From the NCBI GenBank assembly GCA_965223425.1, contig OZ245003.1, positions 640,001 to 704,000 of the forward strand: a stretch of DNA of 64,000 bases, written 5' to 3'. Made by a program: the position numbers and the translations under genes. Positions within the stretch are counted from its first letter, which is position 1; each line of letters opens with the position of its first letter. Of this stretch, positions 10,195-18,944 are shown one piece after another. The DNA is from Nitrosopumilus sp. GTDB lineage: Archaea > Thermoproteota > Nitrososphaeria > Nitrososphaerales > Nitrosopumilaceae. A model generated the notes under the pieces. That model had not been told where the DNA came from. It worked only from the letters and a program-made list of their open reading frames with translations, and did no database searches.

Positions 10195-10851
10195 TTCCCG
10201 GTCTTGGCAAGCGGCTCGGCTGCTGCCTGATCCGGCAGATCCCGCAGTACCGGCGAGTCGCCGGTTCTGCCGTCTGTGACTACGGCAGCCAGCATCGTGC
10301 CGGTGTCCGCATCTGCCGGCAGGTGCATCTTGACATATCCCCTGCGCACCACCGCCTTCCACTTGTCGCGTATCCGTTCTCCGCGGTTCCACTGTCTGAG
10401 TCCGGTGGCATCGGCCACCGGGGTTACGTGCCGGGATGCATCATGAACGTATATGGCGTTGCCGTGAATGCTAATGTCAAATTTCTCCATTCTTCTGCAC
10501 AGCGTGGTATGGTGCGGCGAGTCGCGTCCCTCAACATCATACCTGCCATCCCGGACTGCTGCCTGAATGGAGCGCCGAGGGCGGTTCTCAGTGCGGCTGT
10601 CATGTGATCATGGTGTCTGCATACTGGAACTGGGCCCCCTCCTCCTTGCCGCAGTTGGCCTGCCTTGCCTCGCAGCTCCAGTCGGGGTTGTACTGCACCA
10701 CCAGCTCTGCACCCCGCCGGACGTACCTTGCATTGTCGGTCAACACTTTGAGCATGCTGTCATGATCTAAAGCTTTTTCGGTCAGAAACATGTGTGTTTG
10801 TTGGTCAGTTTAAACTGCGTGGTAGATTTTAGGCGTGTTATGCAACAAGCT
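10195..10851 (-). mobile_element. IS5-family (IS903-like) element fragment, 3' part lost
   Basis: RRGYVKMHL..DADTG..LAAVVTDGRTGDS motif; IS903-like end gcttgttgcataac at about 10837-10850. Confidence 0.7.
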
Positions 10852-10852
10852 A

Positions 10853-11054
10853 GTGGAGCCGACTAACAACGCGTCGGAGAGGGCGCTGCGCTATCTGGCG
10901 GTGTTCCGGAAGATAAGCGGGCAGACCAAGGGCGGCAGCAAGTCCATGAAGCGCCTTGGAGATTTTGTAAGCTGCGTCCTGACGTGGCAGAATCACGGCA
11001 AGAGCGTGGTGCAAGAGGTTTCCCGACTGATATAAGGGGCAGGTGGAACCATAC
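10853..11054 (+). mobile_element. IS66 right-end fragment
   Basis: Near-identical to about 778-980 (EPTNNASERALR to terminus). Confidence 0.9.
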
Positions 11055-11088
11055 AGCCATTCAAACCAAAGACTATAATAGTTATTTT

Positions 11089-11158
11089 GACCTATATTAT
11101 GTGATTCCGCTTTGAAAGATAGGCTATGGGCGTCTGTAAGGACAGCCCAAGGAATCAC
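11089..11158 (-). ncRNA. Candidate structured RNA immediately 3' of the DUF3800 gene
   Basis: Outer stem GUGAUUCC/GGAAUCAC (11158-11151 with 11108-11101), inner hairpin UGGGCUGUC/GACGCCCA, possible pseudoknot GCCUAU (11124-11119) with AUAGGU (11095-11090). Confidence 0.55.
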
Positions 11159-11161
11159 CGA

Positions 11162-11923
11162 TTATAATACAACAAAACCTCGCTTGTTCCAGTCGCCATA
11201 TGGCAAATAATATCTGTCCTTGATCTCCTGCCACCGCGACTCTTTTCTGTTGCTTGTTACCATCTTGATATGTGGTGCATATACAAAAAAATCCGAAATC
11301 TGTAATGTTTTTTCCTTAGTTGGCTCGCCGTTGATTATACTGCCTTTAATTCTGTCCAGATTGGAAAAATATGGAAATGCGGTAATACTTCGTAATTTTT
11401 GCATCTCTCTGTACATTTTTCGCTGTAATCGTGTGGTCAGTTTTTCATAGATTACTATCCCATCATCATGTACTTCTTCAAGAAAATATTGGAAACGCTC
11501 CATACAAATCAGCAGTGTATAGGCCCGCATATCGATTGGCTGAGTATATTTGGCTATATGGCTGGGCTTGTGAATTGAGGCAGATACAAGTTTGCAATCA
11601 ATGGAATTAATCGAGTCAAATATTCGGCTTGCAATATTTTTACGTATGTCATCGGGCAGCTGATCATAGGGATGTTTTTTTGCCCTTGCGCTGTTGTAGT
11701 GTAATTTAAAGTCAGAAGGCAGTTTTATGCCTCGGTATGTAAAGCAATCCTTGATAATAGAATCAACTACCTGCTCGAATTTTGGTACGTTTGCCTCCTT
11801 TACTATCACTCCACCTGTGGTAAACCAGTTTGAATCAAGATTTTTTTCCTTGTTCTCTGATATGAGATTTTCAACTCCTGATTCATCAATGAACATGTAA
11901 TGCAAACAAGATATCTGTGGCAT
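11162..11923 (-). CDS. DUF3800-domain protein (RNase H-like fold)
   Basis: N-terminal YMFIDESG, central LH, C-terminal LQISDFF. Confidence 0.8.
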   Translation of the reverse strand: MPQISCLHYMFIDESGVENLISENKEKNLDSNWFTTGGVIVKEANVPKFEQVVDSIIKDCFTYRGIKLPSDFKLHYNSARAKKHPYDQLPDDIRKNIASRIFDSINSIDCKLVSASIHKPSHIAKYTQPIDMRAYTLLICMERFQYFLEEVHDDGIVIYEKLTTRLQRKMYREMQKLRSITAFPYFSNLDRIKGSIINGEPTKEKTLQISDFFVYAPHIKMVTSNRKESRWQEIKDRYYLPYGDWNKRGFVVL

Positions 11924-12051
11924 CTGTGGTATTAAATTGTGTGTCTACAGTATTTAGAAAAAAAGGTAGGAATATTGTTAGCGTTCCAATCGCTTTCTGC
12001 CGTCATGTGAAAAAGGGATCAGAACCAACTGTGGGCTGTGACACCTTCCGG

Positions 12052-13290
12052 TCAGTAGTTGGGATTGTACATTTTGGATAGCCCAAGCTGATCATTTTGA
12101 GAGCAAAACACGATCAACCAGATCCAAATACAAGGCATGCTCACCCACCTTGACTTGCACAGAAAAGATGGGCAAACACACCAGCAGAACCAAGACATCA
12201 GAGGGCTTAAAATCTTCCAGTCCGCACTGCGGCGCCTGAACCTTGCCTTTGGCACAAGACACAACACGCTGTACGGCCTCGGGGATGCAGCTCACATGCT
12301 TCTTCTGGTCATGGCCAGCTCCAACGGATACGCCAACGGCGCGCGAGATCTCGGCTCTCCCGGCATCCGCATGCCGTCGGGCAGCTGGCTGCTCAAAAAG
12401 CTGCGCATCACAAGGCCGGACAAGATGAACCGCTTTTGTGACCAGATGATACACGATACGGCCAATGCGGCATGCCGCGACATGAGACGACGCGGCGGCA
12501 ACAGTGAAACGACGGCAGCTGCAATAGACAAGCACAGGATTCCGCACCATGACAAAAACCCCGACCTCAGACGCCTCATACAGTCAAAATACGAGTCAGG
12601 AACGTACAGGTTTGAGTCATACATGACATCCAAGATAGTGCAGGGCGGCAAGGAGGCCAACCTGTGCTTCAGTCCGGTTACCCGCGGCATCTTCAACGGC
12701 GAGTTCGTGCGTAAAACCGTCGAAAAATGCTCCAAGCTTCGCCTTGGAATCGGCCTCTGCCTTCTTGACAGGGAGTTTTACGCAACAGACGTGATGCAGG
12801 CCGTCAGATCACTTCACAGGCATTTTATCATGCCGGCAAAAAAGAATGCCGGCATCAAGCGCGCCATTGTACAGCACGCCCAAGGAAGGCGCGGCGATGT
12901 TTCACAGTACACCATGCAGTCAGGCTCCGAGAAGTTCACGTTCAACCTGGTTCTGATCAGGGATGATGCCGGGAAGAAAGACGGCACCAACATGTTTGAT
13001 AGGTACCGCGCATTTGCAACGTCGCTGCCATGCGAGAATGAAGGGGACGTTATCAGATACATCCCAGAACAGTACAAAAGACGGTGGGGGATGGAGGCAG
13101 GCTACAGGTCTGCAAAGAGCATACGCCCGCACACCTCCAGCAGGAACCCCTCCGTACGGATGCTTTTGTTTGTCTTGTCACTGGTGCTCAACAACATCTG
13201 GATAGGCCTGCGTCGCACGGCGGGCAGGCAAAGATATCATGTGACACTTGCCGGTATTTTAAACAGGATGATCCACGCGTTTGTAACATG
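12052..13290 (+). mobile_element. ISH3/IS4-like element; last codons hit by a second element, remainder continues at 14664
   Basis: ORF 12137..13297 with AIDKH.IP, LDREFY, YKRRWGMEAGYR; left end tcagtagtt; right TIR not identified. Confidence 0.8.
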
Positions 13291-14663
13291 TCAGTAGTTC
13301 CCAGATGTAGATTTGTGCCCAGATGTATGCTTGTGCCCAGATGCCGGTGCGTTACCGCATATTGCAATGCAAAGATCTAGATTAGGTTACGGTGTGCAAG
13401 ACGTCATGAGCAATCAAACACACGACGATCCGATCGCACACCAGTACGACATAGCATCAAACCAGTTTAAAATCTTGCGCTCGTCGTTTCAAAAGCTTGG
13501 CATGCCAATGTCTGAGAGGCACAACGCCGTATACGGATGCGGCGACATACTGGACGTGCCAATCAGGGCGTCTGAGAGAAACACGTTTGTAGAATCCCTC
13601 GTACGGCGCAACAGGCTCCAAGACACGGGCGCACGTACGCCTGATGCAGACCTGGTCATGTCTGCAGTCCGTGGCGTCGAACCGGCAGACGTGCAGGACT
13701 GGTGCGCAAAGACATTGGCACGCACGGTGCGGCACGCCGGCCGTGCAGGAATGCTACAGGACATCGACGCCATTGCAATAGGCGTTACGGACATACCATA
13801 CCATGGGGAGCAGCTGCAGGAGCATACAGGAAAGTCGCGTCCAAGGGCAGGAACATCCACGTTTCTCTCGTATGTCGCAGTGCACGGAGTCGGCAGGGAC
13901 TCCTCGCAGGTTGTCCCAGAGTCGAAGCTGCTGCCGGCAAAGGAGAAACTGGCCGATTTTATCGCCAAAACACGCACGAAAATCCTCAGAGGAGGCGCAC
14001 ATTCAAAGACTGTGTTCCTGTACGACCGCGCCTTTTACAGCGCTGACTGCATGACAGAGGCAGGAAAGGGCGGGTGCCGCTACATCATGCCTGTCATCAT
14101 GAACTCCAAGATCAAGAGGATAGTCAAGCTGTACGAGGACGGAAAGGCAAACCAGGTATCGCAGTAGTCAATGACCAACAAGGACGGCGCAACTGTGACC
14201 TACAACCTTGTAATTGTCAAAAGAGACAGGAAGAAGAAAAAGAAGAAAGAGGAGGAGGAGGAGGAAGAGAAGGAGCAATACATTGCATTTGCAACAAACA
14301 TTCCCATCAGGAGTGCCAGAGCCATGACAGACATCATACCGGAGCAGTACCGCAAGAGATGGGGCATCGAGACGGGGTTTCGCGTCATAAAGAAAATCAT
14401 GGGCAGGACATGCAGCAACTCCCTGGCTGTGAGGCTGCTGATGTTTTACCTGCCGCTGCTTCTGTACAACCTGTGGAGGATTGCCAGGTTCTGCCTTGAT
14501 GCAGGAAAGATGTATGGAGGAGTGTCTTCTGCGGGAAAAAAACTTACCATGGCGTTGTTTATCGTGTACATTACAGGCAGGAACGAGCTGTTTGTCAATG
14601 ATCGAGGTAAGTAGAGCCGGTGCCAGTTGCGGTTGCGGTAAATCTACATCTGGGAACTACTGA
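13291..14663 (+). mobile_element. ISH3/IS4-like element with inactivated transposase
   Basis: Perfect 24-bp TIR tcagtagttcccagatgtagattt (13291-13314 / 14640-14663) flanked by CATG on both sides; in-frame TAG at 14165-14167; YDRAFY and YRKRWGIETGFR motifs. Confidence 0.9.
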
Positions 14664-14739
14664 CATGGCAGTAACCCTTCAACTCTCAGGCCCAACAGCA
14701 ATGATACATCACAGGATATAGAAAAGATTTCGTATAACG

Positions 14740-16024
14740 TCTGTGAAGTTATCGGGGGTTACATGTCAATTCCTAAAATGTATAAACCTCTAAACCGTAA
14801 GATGTTCGTTGAAAGCGATAAAGTCAATATCACAGAAATATGCGCCGAACTCTGACCTAATGGATATGATGGTCACATTCACAAAGATGGTTGATCGTTG
14901 CATCAAGATAGGGTTAAAAGAAGACACACACAATATGAAAAGGTTATCATGTCTATGCTATCACGAATTGAGAGACTATGACATTTTATCGTCATACAAA
15001 CTAAATGCAATATCAAGGGCTGCTGGCATACTGGCAAACAGAAAACAGTCAATAAAACGTGGCATCAAGGTTAGATACCCAAAGATAACAAAGCCGTTTA
15101 TCACTAATTGTTACGGTATAAAACACAACGGTGCACTACTCACAATCCCATACAAGAGTAGAAATCCAATCAACGTCTTGTTAAACCCACACACCCAAAA
15201 AATCCTGTCGAATTCTGCCTTGACAGTACGCTCGTTTTCATTGACTGCCCTCAACATCAGTCTTTGTGTTTCCAAGGAAACTGAAAAGATAGAATGTACA
15301 AAGACAGTAGGAATCGATAGAAATTTGAGGAATGTTACATGTGGCAATGAGGGACAGGTAACATTTTACAAGACAAACAAACTGCTATCCATAAAGGAGA
15401 ACACCATGCACGCCAGAGCCGGATTCCGCAGAAATGATCGCAGAAAGAAAGGCCGATTCTGGAAGATAAAACAGCGAAGAATGGCCAATAGAACAAAACA
15501 ATACATACACAGAATATCAAAAGATATTGTGGATAATGCCGCCAAAGAAAAGGCTGTAATCGTTCTAGAAAACCTAAAAGGAATTAGAAAACTCTACAAA
15601 AAAGGAAATGGTCAAGGCAACAAGTATAGGCGCAGATTAAACGGATGGCAATTCTACGAGTTACAACGCCAAATAGAATACAAAGCCCAATGGGTCGGGC
15701 TCCCACCAGTCGAATATGTAGACCCAAAAAACACGAGCAAGATGTGTCCAAGATGCGGAAAGAAACTCCAAGAGGACATGCAACACAACAGTCGTAAAAT
15801 GTCGTGTAATAATTGCGGTTTGTTTATGGACAGGGATATTATCGCTGCCATGAACATATCACGCAAACTGTCCCCTAGGTTTAGGGATAGTAGAGATGAC
15901 ATAGGTGAAGCGCAGTCCGGTGTTTTTGAACCGGCGATGATGGAACCCTGCATACCAGTAATCCAGATAGTCGATATGTCAAAGTCGAGTTATAGGGGTT
16001 AGCTCCCGATAACTTTACAGAACC
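14740..16024 (+). mobile_element. tnpB-only element bounded by inverted repeats
   Basis: 14740-14761 tctgtgaagttatcgggggtta vs reverse complement of 16000-16021 tctgtaaagttatcgggagcta (19/22); right end finishes acagaacc. Confidence 0.7.
14809..16002 (+). CDS. tnpB: RNA-guided endonuclease TnpB family protein
   Basis: RuvC-I VGIDRN, RuvC-II IVLENL, Zn ribbon CPRC/CNNC, RuvC-III DRDIIAAMNI; all three acidic catalytic residues present. Confidence 0.92.
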   Translation: MKAIKSISQKYAPNSDLMDMMVTFTKMVDRCIKIGLKEDTHNMKRLSCLCYHELRDYDILSSYKLNAISRAAGILANRKQSIKRGIKVRYPKITKPFITNCYGIKHNGALLTIPYKSRNPINVLLNPHTQKILSNSALTVRSFSLTALNISLCVSKETEKIECTKTVGIDRNLRNVTCGNEGQVTFYKTNKLLSIKENTMHARAGFRRNDRRKKGRFWKIKQRRMANRTKQYIHRISKDIVDNAAKEKAVIVLENLKGIRKLYKKGNGQGNKYRRRLNGWQFYELQRQIEYKAQWVGLPPVEYVDPKNTSKMCPRCGKKLQEDMQHNSRKMSCNNCGLFMDRDIIAAMNISRKLSPRFRDSRDDIGEAQSGVFEPAMMEPCIPVIQIVDMSKSSYRG

Positions 16025-16055
16025 CATTAAATACACTACACAATGCAATCTATTC

Positions 16056-16565
16056 ATGTTTGGAAAAAAGCCTACTTTGAAAGAAGGGGTTCATGTTTTT
16101 TCTACTAAAAAAAATGGAGATTATAATGACTTTATTTTTGGAGTAGTTACAGGTATAGATGATCGAAAAGTGGGAATCAACGGCATAATTGTCAATCCTG
16201 TTGGTCTCAAAAACAAGATAGAACAAGGAAAAACAGGAGAACGCTCATTAGAAATCCTTCAACATCCAACACCTGATAATGTTGTTTTAGCCCTAGTCTA
16301 TAGAATTGAGCATGAAAATTTTGCTGATGTAATTGACCTTGATGAAGACAAATGCGATCTTCTTCCCCCTCAAGTATATACAATGCTGGATGGCTGGATT
16401 CGAGAATCCCTGTCAGAATTTCTTAATACTGTATTATCACTGCCCCCCGGTTCAGAAAGAGATGAGGCAAAACGTGTTTTAAAACACCGAATGGAGACTT
16501 TGGTAGATAAAAACCTGAGAAGAACGCTTTATTCTGTTTGTCGAAGTCTTAAAGTCTTGAATTGA
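16056..16565 (+). CDS. Hypothetical protein
   Basis: 169-aa ORF with host-like composition; no motif recognised. Confidence 0.75.
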   Translation: MFGKKPTLKEGVHVFSTKKNGDYNDFIFGVVTGIDDRKVGINGIIVNPVGLKNKIEQGKTGERSLEILQHPTPDNVVLALVYRIEHENFADVIDLDEDKCDLLPPQVYTMLDGWIRESLSEFLNTVLSLPPGSERDEAKRVLKHRMETLVDKNLRRTLYSVCRSLKVLN

Positions 16566-16668
16566 ACTTTCAATTTTTGGGCATTATTTCTGGTTCTGTT
16601 CCGTCATCGGCAGTTTTCTTCGTGTTACTTTTTGGTTGCTGATATTTCAAAAATAAAGAATGTTCGTA

Positions 16669-16860
16669 TCATAATGGTGATACGGATTGTACAATATCCA
16701 TACATTGTTTGAGGGCTTCAGTATTTCCTGTTAATTCAGACAAAAAATTGGTTTCAATTTTGTTTGCTGTCCACATAATACCTACAATTATTCCACCGCT
16801 GCCTATAGGCAAATGATGTTTCAAACTATGGATCAGATATTTTCTGAGTTTTTTATTCAT
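16669..16860 (-). CDS. Small hypothetical protein, one hydrophobic segment
   Basis: 63 aa, PIGSGGIIVGIMW. Confidence 0.4.
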   Translation of the reverse strand: MNKKLRKYLIHSLKHHLPIGSGGIIVGIMWTANKIETNFLSELTGNTEALKQCMDIVQSVSPL

Positions 16861-17123
16861 AAATTTAATGAAAACCTGTCAATATTTTAGAACCCTTTTA
16901 ACATGTTCTATAGATAGCGCTTAAAATTGTCCGATCAACTATGTTTTTGTTGTTCCTTAGGAATGTAATCTGCATATAACCAAGTGTTTTTTAAGATTGA
17001 AATGACCTTTGAAAAATATGGGACCTCACACCTTACATTATTGGGTTAGACATAAAGACGGATTTTTATTTTGTAGTTATTGTAAGAAAAAAAAAGAAGA
17101 ATCAACTTGAACCATATAGTTGT

Positions 17124-17203
17124 CGTAGTGGTTAGGATGGATAATCAACCATCTTGGATTCTTTTTAGTTGTCATGCACCGTCTTTTCGATCGTTTTGCA
17201 ATC
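17124..17203. repeat. 80-bp perfect direct repeat, copy 1
   Basis: Identical to 18461-18540. Confidence 0.97.
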
Positions 17204-17536
17204 TTAATCACCACGCCCCAAATATGTCGAAAGATCTGAATAAGCATTTTTTCTATGTGAAATAGTATGAACAGTGATTATATTTTTAGGGTTATTCTCT
17301 TTAACTTCATACACTATTCTATAATCAAATTGGTTGATGTGTATAGAACGCATTCCTTTCAAATCTTGCTTTAATTCCTGCCCAAGATTTGGATTTATTT
17401 TCAATTGATCAATACTTTCATTAATTATTTTTAGTAATTTTGGATCGCATCGTTTTGCTAATTTTTTATAAGCTTTTTCACATCTGGGAGATAAAGATAT
17501 ATCACTTTCTACGTTGGAATTTTTATTTTTTTCCAC
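17204..17536 (-). CDS. RelE/ParE-family toxin
   Basis: 110 aa; L..NP..G..L..DLKG.RS.HI..FDYRIVYEV...V..I.HR pattern. Confidence 0.85.
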   Translation of the reverse strand: MEKNKNSNVESDISLSPRCEKAYKKLAKRCDPKLLKIINESIDQLKINPNLGQELKQDLKGMRSIHINQFDYRIVYEVKENNPKNIITVHTISHRKNAYSDLSTYLGRGD

Positions 17537-17853
17537 CGTATTGTCCCATCTTTCTTTGTTGCTTTTTGACTTGCCTTAATTTCTTTCATTAGTTCTGAAT
17601 CGTTGAGAATTTCTAAGGTCTCTAAATCATCTGCGTTAACTTCAGGGATTACAATTTTTTTACTTTTAAAAACATCAATATGGATTTTTTCAATGTCTAC
17701 CTTTGGCCGTGCAGAACATGTTGCATCAGCTAACATGAAAAAAACTCCTGCATCATTAATGTTTAAAGTCTTGCGTAAAGTTGAGAAATCGTCTGAAAAA
17801 TTTCTTATTACTTTTTGCTGTGGAAACACTGTTTCTTTAACTTTTAATGACAT
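17509..17853 (-). CDS. Putative antitoxin
   Basis: Upstream of and overlapping the toxin; acidic C-terminus DDLETLEILNDSELMKEIKAS...W resembles RelB/Phd tails. Confidence 0.6.
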   Translation of the reverse strand: MSLKVKETVFPQQKVIRNFSDDFSTLRKTLNINDAGVFFMLADATCSARPKVDIEKIHIDVFKSKKIVIPEVNADDLETLEILNDSELMKEIKASQKATKKDGTIRWKKIKIPT

Positions 17854-18338
17854 TATACCAAATCCATATTTTTAAGTTCAATCCATGCATCTTCACATTG
17901 TTTTTTTGCAAAGTATTTTTGTTTATTCTTCACTTTACCAATAATATCAGCTTTTGACATATTGGGGTATATTTTTTTTAGAAAATGTATTGAAGCGAGA
18001 ATTTCAAGTCTGTCTGGATCATTCTTTTTATCTTCTATAAAATTAAGAAACCCTTCGAATTTTTTTTGTATACCTTTTTCAAATCTGCCTTTTGGTACCT
18101 TATCATAATTTTCTTGTAGTTGAAAACCTATACTTGCTAAATGAGATGAATAAGGACCACGAAGATACCATGAAAAATCATGTCCAATGTAAATGCCAAA
18201 TGCTTGCATAAGATAGATTGTTTTTTGTAAAGTTAATCTACCATGAAATGTAGACATATCAAAATTATCTATATTTTTCAAAATTAGTCCTAAAGTGAAT
18301 ACTTCTTCATTTATTGGATTTGTGTACAACTTACCCAT
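17853..18338 (-). CDS. Panacea/DUF4065 (SocA/YwgA-like) domain protein
   Basis: RLTLQKTIYL ... FSWYLRGPYS ... LEILASIHF; TAATG coupling to the next gene. Confidence 0.6.
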   Translation of the reverse strand: MGKLYTNPINEEVFTLGLILKNIDNFDMSTFHGRLTLQKTIYLMQAFGIYIGHDFSWYLRGPYSSHLASIGFQLQENYDKVPKGRFEKGIQKKFEGFLNFIEDKKNDPDRLEILASIHFLKKIYPNMSKADIIGKVKNKQKYFAKKQCEDAWIELKNMDLV

Positions 18339-18460
18339 TTTATCTCTGTTTTAAAGTGTAATTTAGTGTTATGTCTAGATTTTTTGAATCCAGAATGAAC
18401 ATTATTTTGGTTATATTTGAAAATAATTCAAATCAGGAACAATTGAACATGCTTTCTATC

Positions 18461-18540
18461 CGTAGTGGTTAGGATGGATAATCAACCATCTTGGATTCTT
18501 TTTAGTTGTCATGCACCGTCTTTTCGATCGTTTTGCAATC
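18461..18540. repeat. 80-bp perfect direct repeat, copy 2
   Basis: Identical to 17124-17203. Confidence 0.97.
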
Positions 18541-18600
18541 CTAATCATTACACCTGTTTCTCCATAGTTTTATATTATGCTCTAAGAAAATTTCGATACA

Positions 18601-18933
18601 ATGGAATATGTATACGCTGCCTTACTTCTTCACAAGCTAGAAAAGGAAGTCAACGAAGCAAACGTCAGCTCAGTTGTTAAAGCATCTGGAGCTGAGGTTA
18701 ACGAGTCTCAAGTTAAAGCACTAGTTGCAGCACTAGCCGATGTTGATATCGATGATGCAGTCAAGGCCGCACCTGTAGCCGCTGCAACAGCAGCAGCAGC
18801 CGCTGCCGCCGCGCCAGCAGCAGATGCAGCAGCAACAGCAGCCGGCGGTGAAGCAAAGAAAGAGAAAAAACCTAAAGACGATGGTAAAACCGAAGAAGCG
18901 GCCATGGAAGGATTGTCTTCTCTATTTGGCTAG
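18601..18933 (+). CDS. rpl12: 50S ribosomal stalk protein P1/L12
   Basis: MEYVYAALLLH, Ala-rich hinge, C-terminal GLSSLFG. Confidence 0.97.
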   Translation: MEYVYAALLLHKLEKEVNEANVSSVVKASGAEVNESQVKALVAALADVDIDDAVKAAPVAAATAAAAAAAAPAADAAATAAGGEAKKEKKPKDDGKTEEAAMEGLSSLFG

Positions 18934-18944
18934 ATAACTTTTCT

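Noticed and set aside
12050-12052. ggt before the ISH3-like element could be the missing outer 3 bp of the tnpB left TIR
   Set aside because: Only 3 bp and no target duplication supports it; may be chance
14165-14167. Pyrrolysine or programmed read-through of the in-frame TAG
   Set aside because: Aligns with Tyr in the neighbouring transposase, the same gene has a second inactivating change, and no pyl genes are seen
14809-16002. Cas12f/Cas14 effector
   Set aside because: No CRISPR array or cas1/cas2 adjacent; size and motifs fit TnpB
16592-16612. Another GGTTCTGT IS6-type end
   Set aside because: Similarity stops after 8 bp and no partner repeat was found
18455-18540. tRNA or tRNA-derived att site (gtagtggttaggat looks like a D-loop)
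   Set aside because: No acceptor stem, anticodon arm or T-loop can be folded
18465-18680. 71-aa plus-strand ORF
   Set aside because: Overlaps rpl12 out of frame and spans its promoter region
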